NCBI GenBank assembly: GCA_946965045.2
Contig: OX337239.1
Coordinates: 744,001 to 808,000, forward strand
DNA: 64,000 bases
Reading direction: 5' to 3'
Source of the DNA: Epithemia pelagica
Taxonomy: Eukaryota; Protista; Bacillariophyta
This document shows, piece by piece, positions 1-11,163 of the stretch (its first letter is position 1; each line of letters opens with the position of its first letter). The position numbers and the translations under genes were made by a program. The notes under the pieces were generated by a model. It made no database searches and was not told the origin of the DNA. It was given only the letters and a program-made list of their open reading frames with translations.

Positions 1-345
1 AAACTCATTTGGATTTCCACCTACATGTTGGTGGGAACGGCCAAGGGTTGTTCGTCCGTCGGACAGGCCGGAAAAGAGTATGGCGATGTGGTGGAACAAG
101 TGGTACAAGAATTGGTCACAGCCTCGAGTCAAGCGGAAACGCCTCCCGTCGTGTTTGAATCCGGAACTCTGCAACGATTGCAAGCCTATACCGACGTGGT
201 GACTGATTTTCCCTGTGCGGTCAAGGAATTTGAATGGCGAAATCAATTCTTTTATCATTTGGGTCAAGGCACAGCCTGTCCCACACACAATGCTCTTTTG
301 CAAGACTGTGCCGCACAAGGCAAATTGGGGTTTGAGTTGCCATGA
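1..345 (+). CDS. 3' end of a conserved plant/algal protein (At1g16080-like, ketopantoate-reductase-like fold); 5'-partial
   Basis: Frame 1 is open from base 1: KLIWISTYMLVG...LQAYTDVVTDFPCAVKEFEWRNQFFY...CPTHNALL. This matches, from memory, the KLIWIxxxMLVG / FPTAVKEFxWRNGWF / CPxH motifs of that family. Confidence 0.65.
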   Translation, partial: KLIWISTYMLVGTAKGCSSVGQAGKEYGDVVEQVVQELVTASSQAETPPVVFESGTLQRLQAYTDVVTDFPCAVKEFEWRNQFFYHLGQGTACPTHNALLQDCAAQGKLGFELP

Positions 346-885
346 CGCGACGGACGGTGGTGAAAATCAAACCGTGACAGACAGATTAGAAACAAATTCT
401 ATGCATTAGGCTATTGGCTTGCTTTCGAGGTAGAATCGTAGTGACGAGAGGCAACTTTGACAATAACGAAACAGTCCAGAGCGTTGCAACGAATCCTGTT
501 TGCGGCTCGTTTCATTGTTACTTGTGTCCAAGCGATGTGATGATTCCTTGTTACTCCTCGTTTCATTGTCACTCTTGTTCTCTATTCCCACAGATGTGCT
601 GTAAAGCTTTTGTGATGAACAACCAACATGTCGTGTGAATGACACGCGAACAATCTTGTATCTCAGGTAGACGACTGTATGCACGTTGAAAATTGGAGTC
701 ACCGTGCTTCGATCATGGCTCTGCCATGCCTTTGCGGCTGTGGGACAACGATGACGACAAGATGATGATGAAAGTATGGCACTAGTCGTTTTATTGTGGC
801 AATCATACTACTTATTGGAATTGGAAAGGGCGTAAGAAATACCCACGACAATAAGGCGCCCAGAAACAAAGACCATGGGTCAAAT

Positions 886-2304
886 CTATCCAAAAGTTGT
901 AATGTGATACACTGCATCAGGGTCAATGCGCACCCAAAGATCCGGGTCAAAAATGCCGCGGTTATGGTTTTCTTTTTCAAGTTCACTGCCTGCGGTATCA
1001 GCGTGCTTTAAACTCTGCTCGACGAGTTCAACTTCAATCTCTTCCGAAGAACCTTTTTTACATGGACTTCCACTCTGGACAAAAACCGGGACAACATCGT
1101 CGTGTCCAAGGTCAAACGTTTGAAACTTTAGATTGTTCTCGATCACAGTCCCAAACCGAACCTTCATGGATCGAAGCAAATCAAGACCAACAATCACCAA
1201 GGGTTTCTTCATCAAGGAGTTTTGGACAAGGAAAGACACCCCTCCCATTTTGCTGTCGTTGGTGCGGTGAACGCCCACAATGAGGAGCGATGGTTCTCGA
1301 CCTTGTAATCAGGGGGGAGGTCGGCTCTCCAATCCCCCTCGAAAACCAACGTAGTATCGTCACAAAACTTTGGGAAGACACAGAAGTCATGGATCATGAT
1401 ACTGCCAAACTTTCGGAGATGGAATTTGGCGGTCTCAAAAACGCGGTCAGGATCAAGTTCAGAGCCAAACATGTAGATTTCAAACGTGAATACGCGGCGG
1501 CCAGGGTTCATGGGCTTGAGAAGCCTAGTGACCATTTTGGGGGGATATTCGCCAGCATCCAAGAAGATATTTTTAAAAACTTCTTGGTCAGAGAACATTT
1601 CGCGCATGTAGCGGCTTATGTTGATGGCGTAGGAACCAAACGCCGCTGCAAGGTTTACATCATCATTTTTGGTCCCGTTTTCCATCTTTTGCTTGTAAAG
1701 AAGACACAGCGACCCGCAAACGGCCCAACAGAGGCGTGAGCTGCACTCTTGGGTCCAGTACAGCATATTTTCCACGCGGTGAAACTCTTCTGGGTGGTTG
1801 AAAATCGTTGGCCCACTCTGGTCCTCGGCAAACTCAGGAAAGGCCCTCAGCATTTCCTGTAGAGGGTCACAAACTTTGGCACTGTATTCATCAGTACTTT
1901 TGATCACGCGATCCCCTCCTTTCCGGATGTACGCATCCAAGCGACCAGCGCGGTGTTGTCTCGTCAAAAAGTTCCCCCACCAATCGGGTGATAGTGTGTG
2001 GGTCGTTGGCAAAGTGTTGGCGCAACAATATGTCCTGGTTGCGTGCGATGAGAAACGCCAATTTGATGAACTGTGTTTTTTCATTCTGAATGGTGATCGA
2101 ATCAAGACCACATTCTTCCAACAACGAATTTCCACGCCCAACCACTTCCGAAACCTGGAGGCGATCCCCATTTTTCAGCGGAGAGAATCCGTTTCGTTCC
2201 AAAAAGTCCGCAAGCGACTTCCCGGACTGAGGAGTGGAGATGGCTGAGCCCGACGAGCCGCTCCCGCTTGAATCAGTGTGGACAACAGGAGGAACTTTGT
2301 TCAT
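886..2304 (-). pseudogene. Frameshifted papain-like (clan CA) cysteine peptidase of a diatom-expanded type
   Basis: Three overlapping frames (2304-1891, 2171-1212, 1278-886). Cys motif is WTQECSSRLCWA. Restoring one G in CAT[G]CGCTCCTCATTGTGGGC (~1290) gives HALLIVG, followed by FLVQNS (Asn motif). A second frame change lies near 1950. Confidence 0.5.
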
Positions 2305-4612
2305 GATTTTCTTTCTTGTTGTTCCTGTTCATTTTCTTGGTTCAGAGTTGTCCCTGTCGGATTTGTCATGTGATTGTTGTCCAACAGCACGTAGGTGACG
2401 AGAGAAATCATGGAGGTGAGGGCACATGCGGTGGTAATTTGAAAAGTGGGAATCCAGGACAAGGGATTACTCTTGTCTGGTATTCCCATGACATATCGAT
2501 TGAACCAGGCCAAGAGAGCAAATCCACCCATGTCAAACAAATCGGCAATGGTGGCCGAACATTCGGTACCACCCCGTTGCAAGGCATACAACGAGGGAGG
2601 GACTATAGAATCATGATAGACACCGCCGCAGCAGCAGCAGAGGTGTAACCACAATCAAAATCAATCGAAAGCAGTACACAAGAACACGAAACGAACCAAT
2701 CAAAGTGGTATATGGAAAACAAACGTGAGACAACCACAATGGCTCCACCGTCACCACCACAGACCGACACAAACGTACTGTAAAATGGAATGGCCATGGC
2801 CGCTCCCCACACCAAAAAGGCCAGTGCGGCCAGGGATGGACTCAGGGTCAACCACGGCAGTCGTGGTGAGGCGTGGGCCCAATGAATGGCCGATGCGGCA
2901 GTCGCACTCGACAAGAGGAACAATAACACTGCCACATGCCGATACGTGCGGGTGGTCCACCATTTCGGAATGGTGGTGGTGGTGGTGTTCTGGTTGGTAC
3001 TGCCGTTGGTGAGAGTGGCCGGATGGGAGGCATGTGGTGGTCGGTCATGGTCATCATTCTCATTACCATCCTCGTGGGGACGAGCCAGGGTGGCATAGGG
3101 TTGTGCTCCGAGCCAGACGGCCAGCAAACATCCCGTGGCATAGAGCGATCCGGCTTGGGCACCTACCGCCGACGAGGTTTGATAGAGTTGACACAGGACG
3201 GTCGGAACAAACAATAACATGGAGGCAAAGACCATGAGGACCGATCGATTGATGAATTGCAACCAAAAGTCGACCGTTTGGGCTTGTCCCCACGCAATGG
3301 ACCACGTGCGTTGCAAAGAGGACCACAAGGATGAGAAGGACGGACCGACAGGTTTCGTTTGGATGGGTGTCTTGTTGTTGCTGCTGTTGTTGTTGGACTC
3401 CGGTGTTAATGGCGTCGTAGTCATAGTAGTCAATGTCCTTGTAAGTCGATGATTGTGATGTTTACAAAATAGAGAAAGCAGTATCAAGGGAATCCATTGA
3501 ATGACACTGCAAAGGGCAAAAATGCGTCGCCAGGCCTGATCCTGCCAACACGATGGGAACCATTGCGTCGTCCACTTGTTATTGAAGGAGGATTGTGGTT
3601 GCTGTAGCAATTGGGCAAAGACGGCAAAGGCGACGGCATTGCCCGCTCGTGCTCCCATGGCCAATTGTCCAATGCGCGCTCCCCATTGCTGCGGTGCAAA
3701 GTATTGATGAATGGCATGAATGCAAGCGGGCCAACCGGCGGAAAAGAAGAAGTCAATGGCAATATAGGCTCGACCAAAGGTGGTAAAGCGAGTCGTGACG
3801 GACAAGACGAGAAACAAACTGGACAAGAGGGTCAAGAGACTGGTCAAGGCCCAGCTGCCACCGACTGCATCAATCAAGGGTCCCAACACAAGTTTGCCCA
3901 CCGCAATGGCAATGGTAGACCAGGTCACCATTTGTTGCAAACTCGTGGTCGGATCTTGACCGGGAGCAAACGTCAAGGAAGAGGAGGACGAACTGCCACT
4001 ACTACTAGTGCTAGTACTCAGGAGCATGGGCAACACCGTCGGCAAGGCACATTTGGCACCCATGATGGTAAAGTACGACAAGGCCAAGGTGAAAGCAATC
4101 ATGCCTTGTCGTCGTCCTCCTCGTTGTCGTCCGGAGTGGGATTGGGAGTGTGGTTCTGATGATGGTTCTCCCAATTCACCTCCTCCACGAGGAACCAGGG
4201 GTTGGTCCTTCTTGTTTTTGTGGTTGTTGTTCTCCTCGTTGTGACGGCTGTCCTCCTCCCAGTCCCTCTTGGTATTCCACACAGCCGTCGTGGTTCTGGT
4301 TCTGGTCCTCCCAGGAGGAAGAGAAGAAACAGGACCTCTCGTGGTGCAACAACGACGACGGTACCAACCATCATCATCATTATTACTGGTTCGTTGGGAC
4401 GAGCCCCATGGGAGTGATACTGAGGATACGGAGGAGGAGAGTCGTTGTGGTTGGGGAGGATGAGCCACGACCCCTACCATGGCGTGGACCATGAATCGCC
4501 GGCTGGACCAGGAGGATACCAACAACAGCGACCTGCCACCACCATCATAATCATCAGGACTCCACAATAACACGACGACGACAAGTAGTAGTAGTAGTAT
4601 CCTCCTTATCAT
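2301..4612 (-). CDS. MFS transporter (OPA/glycerol-3-phosphate-like), 2 exons: 4612-2779 and 2602-2301
   Basis: Multiple TM helices; GKLVLGPLIDAVGG (MFS motif-A-like) and SAGWPACIHAI. The GTACGT...CTATAG intron at 2778-2603 joins AIPFY/I/PPSLYAL in frame. Start codon uncertain. Confidence 0.8.
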
Positions 4613-4935
4613 GAGGATGAAATGGAGTCGAGTGTAGTACGAGTGACGCCTCTTCTTCCTGATTCTCTGCTGTTTTGGATCGTTGGTGGTTTGAGTTGGT
4701 TTCTGGTGGTCCTCGTCCGGGTCGTGTCGGATTCGGTGTGGTTGTGTGGGTGACCGAACGAATTGTTGTCGGCCTTGGTGGTGGTGGTGGTGTTGTCTCG
4801 GTGGTGGACGTTGCCACCAAGACACCAACGACGACGACAAGTGTCTAGACTCGCCGACGTTGCCTGTTTCGTGTTCTTTTTCGATGGGATCCTGCTGCAG
4901 GACCATGATGATATGGATAATAATGATTGGATAGG

Positions 4936-4958
4936 TCTCTCTCTCTCTCTCTCTCTCT
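4936..4958. repeat. (TC)n microsatellite in the intergenic region between the divergent MFS and tRNase Z genes
   Basis: Direct reading of tctctc... (23 bp). Confidence 0.9.
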
Positions 4959-5466
4959 TGCTCCAGAGAATGGATTGTTCTTCCTGGAATCTCGGCTGTT
5001 GCTGGGTTACAGAGAAAGAGAGAATCGCTGGTGTCGCTCTCTGGTTCATTTGGGATGGGAAAGCCAATAAAATCGATCTCAACGCATCTTGAGAGGCATG
5101 CAATTTATGCGCGATCCACATGGTCCCGTCGGGCATGCCATATATCCGCGACTGGAAGGATCCATTCGGTCCCAAAAAAAGATCCGCCTTTTTTTCGTGT
5201 ATCGACGACCGCCACTGATTGGTTCTTTCTTTGGGCGAACTACACATCGCACGAGACCTACTGGTAGAGGGTAAGAAGAGAGTTGTTGTGGAACCACCCC
5301 AGAGTCTCTCCTCCCACGGTGAGAAGCGAGAATCATGAACAAGACGCATCCTCCTGCTCCGACAACGACAAGAACAACCACAAAGAGAATGAAGTAATCT
5401 AGTAATTCCAAAAGAGCTACGATATACAGACTACGACCGACAGCCACGAACCACAGCAACGACACA

Positions 5467-8400
5467 ATGTTGTCGCTGCGATGGAACTGGTCCTCCAGTA
5501 TTGGGTGGTCGAATCATTCTCGTCCAAGACCCGTCGTCCTGAAAGGTGGTACCTGGGGCAGAATCTTACCAAGCCGGTATTTTTCGTGTGTGTCGATACT
5601 GGCACATGGCGTCAGTGGTGAAACTGGCAGTCGCTGGTGGAAGCACCACAACAACAAGAACAAGAAAACGAGGACGATACTCGGTTGGCAATCGTCTTGT
5701 TGTTCGGCGTTTTCCACATCAACAAGATCGATAAAGCCCACCTCGTTGTTGACAACGTGTCAGGTCCTTGTGTTGACGACCCACACCATGGATTCGTCAC
5801 CGTCCATTCTTATTGTGCCGGAATATTCGACCGACACGACGATACGACGACGAAAACACAAACACCACACTCGTGTACCTCCCCAACTTCCCGTCCGCAA
5901 TCTCATCTTGGTTGATTGTGGAGAAGGCATTCCCCAACATGGATTGCAAAACACACCCGACGGCAAACCCGTCACATATCATCCTCCTCCGGATTCCTCC
6001 GCCTCCATCCAGGAGGAATCCACCACCAGCACGACGCCACGTCTCACCACACCCAAGTTTCATCCGTTGAAACTCCATGCCCTGTGTTGTACCACCTTGC
6101 GTCATGCTTCGGTCGGGGGGATTCCCTCCTTGTTGCTCCGAATGGCCGAAGTCCAACACCAACGAAGCTTCAACGTTGCGGCCGCGGCACGAGCCGTGCC
6201 GGGACGACCATCCTTGTCGTCGATGGAGGATGCAGTGTCTGTACCCAATGGGAACAACCACAAGAATCACAAGAACATCAATCCGAACAACACCCTGTAC
6301 TGGATTGGACCCGTCGGTTTGCAAGCTCATGTGCATGCCTTGGACAAGCTCTTTTCCTTGAAACGATTGCAAACGGGACGACGACAAGAACTTCAACCAC
6401 CACCACCACCACAAGAGCAGCACAGTACAAACCACCACCACCACCACGTTCCACCACCACCCCCTCCCTGGACACTCCAGGTCCAGGAATCCCCTCGGCA
6501 GGCGTCCACCGTGTCGTCCACCACCACGACTTTGGTTCCACCCCAAAGGAGGAGCTGGACTCGAGTCGTCCCTTCCGATCCACAGTCGGATTCGTCGTCT
6601 TCGTCTTTTCCAGTCGAAGAACAACAAGCACCATCAGCACATCCCTTGACCATTCAAACCCTCGCCGTTCCTTCTTCAGGTCCATCTTCCTCGTCCCCTG
6701 TTTCACGATCCAACCGGACCCAAAGGTTGCCACTCCAACAACAAGAGCAACTACAACAACAACAAGAACAAGAACAACCGCAACACCAAGAACAGGAACA
6801 ACAGTGGCTGGTTTCGTACTTGTTTACCTCTCCTCCCCTGCCCGGAAAATTTGTCGTGGAACGAGCCCAAGCCCTCCAGGTTCCACCGGGACGTCTTTAC
6901 GGTAAATTGCAACGAGGAGAATCCGTCACCTTTGAACTAGGTACTAAACCGAATAATAATACCAAGACAAGGACGAAACGGAAAACAATGGAGAAACAAG
7001 CACCCCCAATGCCATGTACCACAAACGACGACAACAACCACAACGAGAACAAGGTTGGGACGAAAGCATCTCCACCAACAGCAACAACACCCGAACAACG
7101 GACGGTTCACAGTCATCAAGTCATGGATCCACCCAAACCTGGTATTGGAATTCTCGTCTTACGATTGCCTCTTCATGTCCACGAGTTGGATCGATTCTAT
7201 CAAGAGTATTGTACCCACACGGCCTTGTCCCATGCCTTGCAGCAGCAGCCAGTGTCCGACAATGAGGAGAAGGAGGGGAATCCTCTGTTGCCGCACCAAC
7301 CCAACCAGCCACCCACGAGTCGTTTGGATCTGGTGATTTGTCTGGCCCATTCGGCCGTGTACTATCATGAAACCAGTGTGGAATGGAGAAGACAATTGAC
7401 TCACGTATTGCAACAGCAACAGCAGCAACAACAACAGCCGGATCCGCAACCATGTAGTACCACTTCTCCTTCCGACAACACTTATGATACACCTAGGAAT
7501 GACAGCAGCAAGAACCATACAAGTGACTCGTCGTCGTTTGAAGCTCCCCAACATGTTTGGATCAATTTGGACAATCCACACCACTCTGTTTCGAATAGGG
7601 GTCAGCAAGACACCAATGTTGCGTTGGCCACTCCCCAATGGGAATCGGGTCAATCCTCCTATTTACGATCCATTCTCTGTCCCTCCGTCTACAAGAGTTT
7701 GTGGCCATCCTCGCAAGCAACAGACAAGACAGTTCCTGCACCACCCGATCCTGCGTCTCTGGCCGCCAGTGGATCTCGCACCACAAGCACAAGCACAAGC
7801 ACACAAAGCGTCATTACCCCGGTGGAGGCTGTTCCGGGAATGACGTTTCAAATTTTTCCACGCAACAAACAAGGCTTTGTCACTTCTCATCACAGGCCAA
7901 CCAAGGACACAACCCAACAGCCACCCATTCATCCCTACAACGACCCGGAACTGGCAAGTCGTTGGAGGATGGAGCGACAAAGATTACAGGAATGGGTTGT
8001 GGCATCTGGTGCCATGGAAGCGGTTCGTCCAATCATACAACAACAACAACAGCAACAGTCACGACCCGAACATTCAACACGCTTGATCCAGAATTTCCCA
8101 TCGTGGAGACTGGCAAGGGGTACGCCGGATCTTTTGGGAAGTCGACTCATTTTTACCGGCACGGGGAGTGGATTTCCCTGCAGACATCGTTCCTCGGCGG
8201 GAATCGTCCTGGAATCCACATGGGCGAGTAGTGTTCCCCACCAGAGACCTTGGCAACAGTCACCACCATCACCACAACAACAACAAAAGCAACGACGATC
8301 CATGTTGCTTTTGGATATTGGAGAAGGAACGATTGGTCGTTTGTTGCGTACCTTGGACCATGACGGCCATGCTGGTGACGCATTGTCACAGGATCAAATT

Positions 8401-9216
8401 CTCAACGATATCAAGGCTGTTTGGATATCGCACTTTCATGCCGATCATTATTTAGGACTGTTGCGATTGTTGGAAGAACGTCCTCGATACTACAAACATG
8501 ACCAAAAATTCAACCAGGAGGACCGCCTCTTGGTGATTGCTCCTCCTCTCGTGTTGGAATTTTTACACAATCATGTCCAAGGGGTTCATCTATCCATGGC
8601 ACAGGCCTATCAGGGCATGGATTGTCGGGCGTTTGTCGACAAGAATTTCAACCAATACCATTACAGGAAGAATCAAAAGATATTTACCGCCTTTACGGGC
8701 CTGAAATCATGTACGGCGGTACAAGTTCACCATTGTCCCTATTCCTACGCGGTCATTGTGGAGGGGAGTGACTTTGGTCGACTCGTCTATTCTGGTGATT
8801 GTCGTCCTTCACCAACCTTGGTCTATCAAGCCCATGGAGCAGACCTGTTGATTCATGAGGCTACCGTGGAAGAGGGTCGAGAAGAAGACGCTATAAGAGC
8901 CAAACATTCGACGGTAGGAGAAGCTTTGGATGTGGCAGAACAAATGAATGCCAAAGCAGTCGTGCTGACGCATTTTTCGTCGCGGTATCCCAAGGTTCCA
9001 CCACCCATTCCTACTACTACGGGGAATGACAAGGATCATCCAAAGTATCATCATCATCATCAGAGACCCATTATTTGTGCCGCAGATTGCATGATCTTGA
9101 CACCTCAAAATCTAGTCTTGGCATCCCAATTGACTCCTGCCCTCCGATTGTTGCATCCCAATGAAGATCCCGATGAGAATGAGGCTTTGATGGAAGAGGA
9201 ATCCTCGGTGGAATGA
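5467..9216 (+). CDS. ELAC2: tRNase Z, long form (ELAC2/Trz1), metallo-beta-lactamase fold
   Basis: GTGSGFP, LLDIGEGT, WISHFHADHYLGL (HxHxDH), HCPYSY, YSGDCRP, LLIHEAT, HSTVGEA, LTHFSSRYP motifs. The N-terminal half has the pseudo-motif region (LVDCGEG, LPGKF, GRLYGKL). Confidence 0.92.
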   Translation: MLSLRWNWSSSIGWSNHSRPRPVVLKGGTWGRILPSRYFSCVSILAHGVSGETGSRWWKHHNNKNKKTRTILGWQSSCCSAFSTSTRSIKPTSLLTTCQVLVLTTHTMDSSPSILIVPEYSTDTTIRRRKHKHHTRVPPQLPVRNLILVDCGEGIPQHGLQNTPDGKPVTYHPPPDSSASIQEESTTSTTPRLTTPKFHPLKLHALCCTTLRHASVGGIPSLLLRMAEVQHQRSFNVAAAARAVPGRPSLSSMEDAVSVPNGNNHKNHKNINPNNTLYWIGPVGLQAHVHALDKLFSLKRLQTGRRQELQPPPPPQEQHSTNHHHHHVPPPPPPWTLQVQESPRQASTVSSTTTTLVPPQRRSWTRVVPSDPQSDSSSSSFPVEEQQAPSAHPLTIQTLAVPSSGPSSSSPVSRSNRTQRLPLQQQEQLQQQQEQEQPQHQEQEQQWLVSYLFTSPPLPGKFVVERAQALQVPPGRLYGKLQRGESVTFELGTKPNNNTKTRTKRKTMEKQAPPMPCTTNDDNNHNENKVGTKASPPTATTPEQRTVHSHQVMDPPKPGIGILVLRLPLHVHELDRFYQEYCTHTALSHALQQQPVSDNEEKEGNPLLPHQPNQPPTSRLDLVICLAHSAVYYHETSVEWRRQLTHVLQQQQQQQQQPDPQPCSTTSPSDNTYDTPRNDSSKNHTSDSSSFEAPQHVWINLDNPHHSVSNRGQQDTNVALATPQWESGQSSYLRSILCPSVYKSLWPSSQATDKTVPAPPDPASLAASGSRTTSTSTSTQSVITPVEAVPGMTFQIFPRNKQGFVTSHHRPTKDTTQQPPIHPYNDPELASRWRMERQRLQEWVVASGAMEAVRPIIQQQQQQQSRPEHSTRLIQNFPSWRLARGTPDLLGSRLIFTGTGSGFPCRHRSSAGIVLESTWASSVPHQRPWQQSPPSPQQQQKQRRSMLLLDIGEGTIGRLLRTLDHDGHAGDALSQDQILNDIKAVWISHFHADHYLGLLRLLEERPRYYKHDQKFNQEDRLLVIAPPLVLEFLHNHVQGVHLSMAQAYQGMDCRAFVDKNFNQYHYRKNQKIFTAFTGLKSCTAVQVHHCPYSYAVIVEGSDFGRLVYSGDCRPSPTLVYQAHGADLLIHEATVEEGREEDAIRAKHSTVGEALDVAEQMNAKAVVLTHFSSRYPKVPPPIPTTTGNDKDHPKYHHHHQRPIICAADCMILTPQNLVLASQLTPALRLLHPNEDPDENEALMEEESSVE

Positions 9217-9596
9217 TGAAAGGGCTACCAAACACACGACGACCGGGGCCGACTCTCTCTATGAAAAAGACATACTCGCTTCTGGGTGTGGGAATGTCAC
9301 ACAAAAACAAAAGGCCCACAGGGCCAGGTGAGGTTGTTTCTAGTAACGACAGCCAAACACCGTGGCTTTTTCGCTCTGGATGGTTCACTCAAGAAAAAAG
9401 TACTGGCGCGAGTGTTAAAAATGCCAGCCCCCACAAATGTTATTTACCAAGCTTTTCCGTGGTGGCGTGGAGCAAAGACTTGAGTGCTGGCTTTGGGTCC
9501 AAGACTTGTTGGTTTTGACTGCAATAAGCGTCCAGTTCGGTCGACACAAAGAGTAGCATTTTCTAAAGATACACTCTATTGTGTTGTTACACTAGG

Positions 9597-10350
9597 TTAT
9601 TTCGTAGCTTCATCGGGCCAACTTTGGCAATCCGCGTTACTCCATGATTTGTCCAAGGATGACAAGGACGATGACAGCGATGTGGATGTAGACGTGGATG
9701 AGGAACAAGAGGAATCGAGGACAGAGGATCCTGTTGACCGTCGCCGCCGCCGTTGCCGTCCTTTGCTGTTGTTGGTAGTCTGCTGCTGTTGCTTCCATTG
9801 TTGAAATCGTTTCCGTTCTTGTCGTTGTTGCTTAGAGAGGAGGCACGAAAGAGAGTTGCGGAAACGCTTGGCCAGGCGTTCCACCGCTTCTTGAGCTGGT
9901 GCCAAGGCCAAGGTTTCTTCGGTGCGAAGCCGTTGCGCACGCGCAATATTGACGGGTTTGCACAATCGAACCAATTCCTGACGGGAGTATCCCACTTCTT
10001 GCAATCGCTTTTCTCGTACCAACGCCGAAAGGTACCGTACAAGGGGTGGTGATGGTACATGCTGGGAAGAGGAGGAGGACGAGGCTTGCTTGTGGTTGTT
10101 GGTCACGTACTGCAATGAAACTTGTTTGGCTTCTTGAAAGGTAATGGCATCCACAACCGTGACATGGACGCGCTCCCAATCAATCGTCAAGGGGATTCCA
10201 CAAGAACAGGCCGGATTGTCTCCCGCAATGATCTTGTGCTCATGAATTTCCGCAAAGCTGAATCGGACAGACCGTCGACGAGTCTCAGTTCCAGTACTGT
10301 CCTTCTCCTCCTCCTCCTCCTCCTCCTCTACAGTGGAATTCTCCGAGACG
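9597..10350 (-). CDS. Diatom-type hypothetical protein; 5' end unresolved
   Basis: The frame stays open upstream of the tracked TTG: EEEEEEEEKDSTGTETRRRSVRFSFAEIHEH...GDNPACSCGIPLTIDWE...GYSRQEL. This resembles a motif I recall from diatom hypothetical proteins (VxFxxxEIxE...GDNP...PLTIxW). Confidence 0.55.
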
Positions 10351-11163
10351 CCTTCCCGGTGGCAATTGGCACACCAGGAGGTGACTGTAGGGATGTAAGA
10401 GCAGAGGTAGTGGTACTGAGCTCACAAACCTCCTGCTCGGATTTTTGCTGCTCACACTCATCAATCCTCTCGTTCGTTAAACTTCCATGGTCTTTATCCT
10501 CGGACAACATTTCCCATCTGGACCCTGTTTCGCCATTGCACACCAATGATGCCTCTTTGCATGGCTTCATCACCAAACAACAAGGGTCATCATGAGGTGG
10601 GTCCCTCCTCTCGCGCTTGTCACTGTCATCCTGGTGCTGATTGCAACTCATATTGTAGCGTCTCGATCCAGCCGTCAACTTTCTCGGAAAGCACCTGACC
10701 AATTCAAAAAAGTAAGTAGTATTATCCAGATGATCTCTCTCAAAAGCCAAGCGCCGAGAGAGAGAGTTTCGAGAAATTGTGACGGATGCACACCACATTC
10801 TGCTGAAAGATTTTCAGATGATGACATTTCCGCAACCTGGAAACCCACGAATTTCGGTCGAACTGCCGGCATTTGGCCTTGTAAGAACAAAAACACTTCC
10901 CGAACTTTTTTGTATAAACATCTAAGAAATCCGACGGAAACCAGAACGTCCATCCAGTCCCCGTTTGTACCTCCGTGGCCTTCCAGGTGCGACTCATTTC
11001 ACCGCGCTTCTCCCCCACCGTCCCCCACCTAGTCCTCACTTTTTTGGAAATCAACAAGCCGATCCGTCTTGGACGATTTCTCCTGTTGTCTCAATAGCCA
11101 ACATCATGACGATACTTACTCACTGCGTCGTGTTGTTGTTGTTGTTGCTCATTTTCGTTTTCA

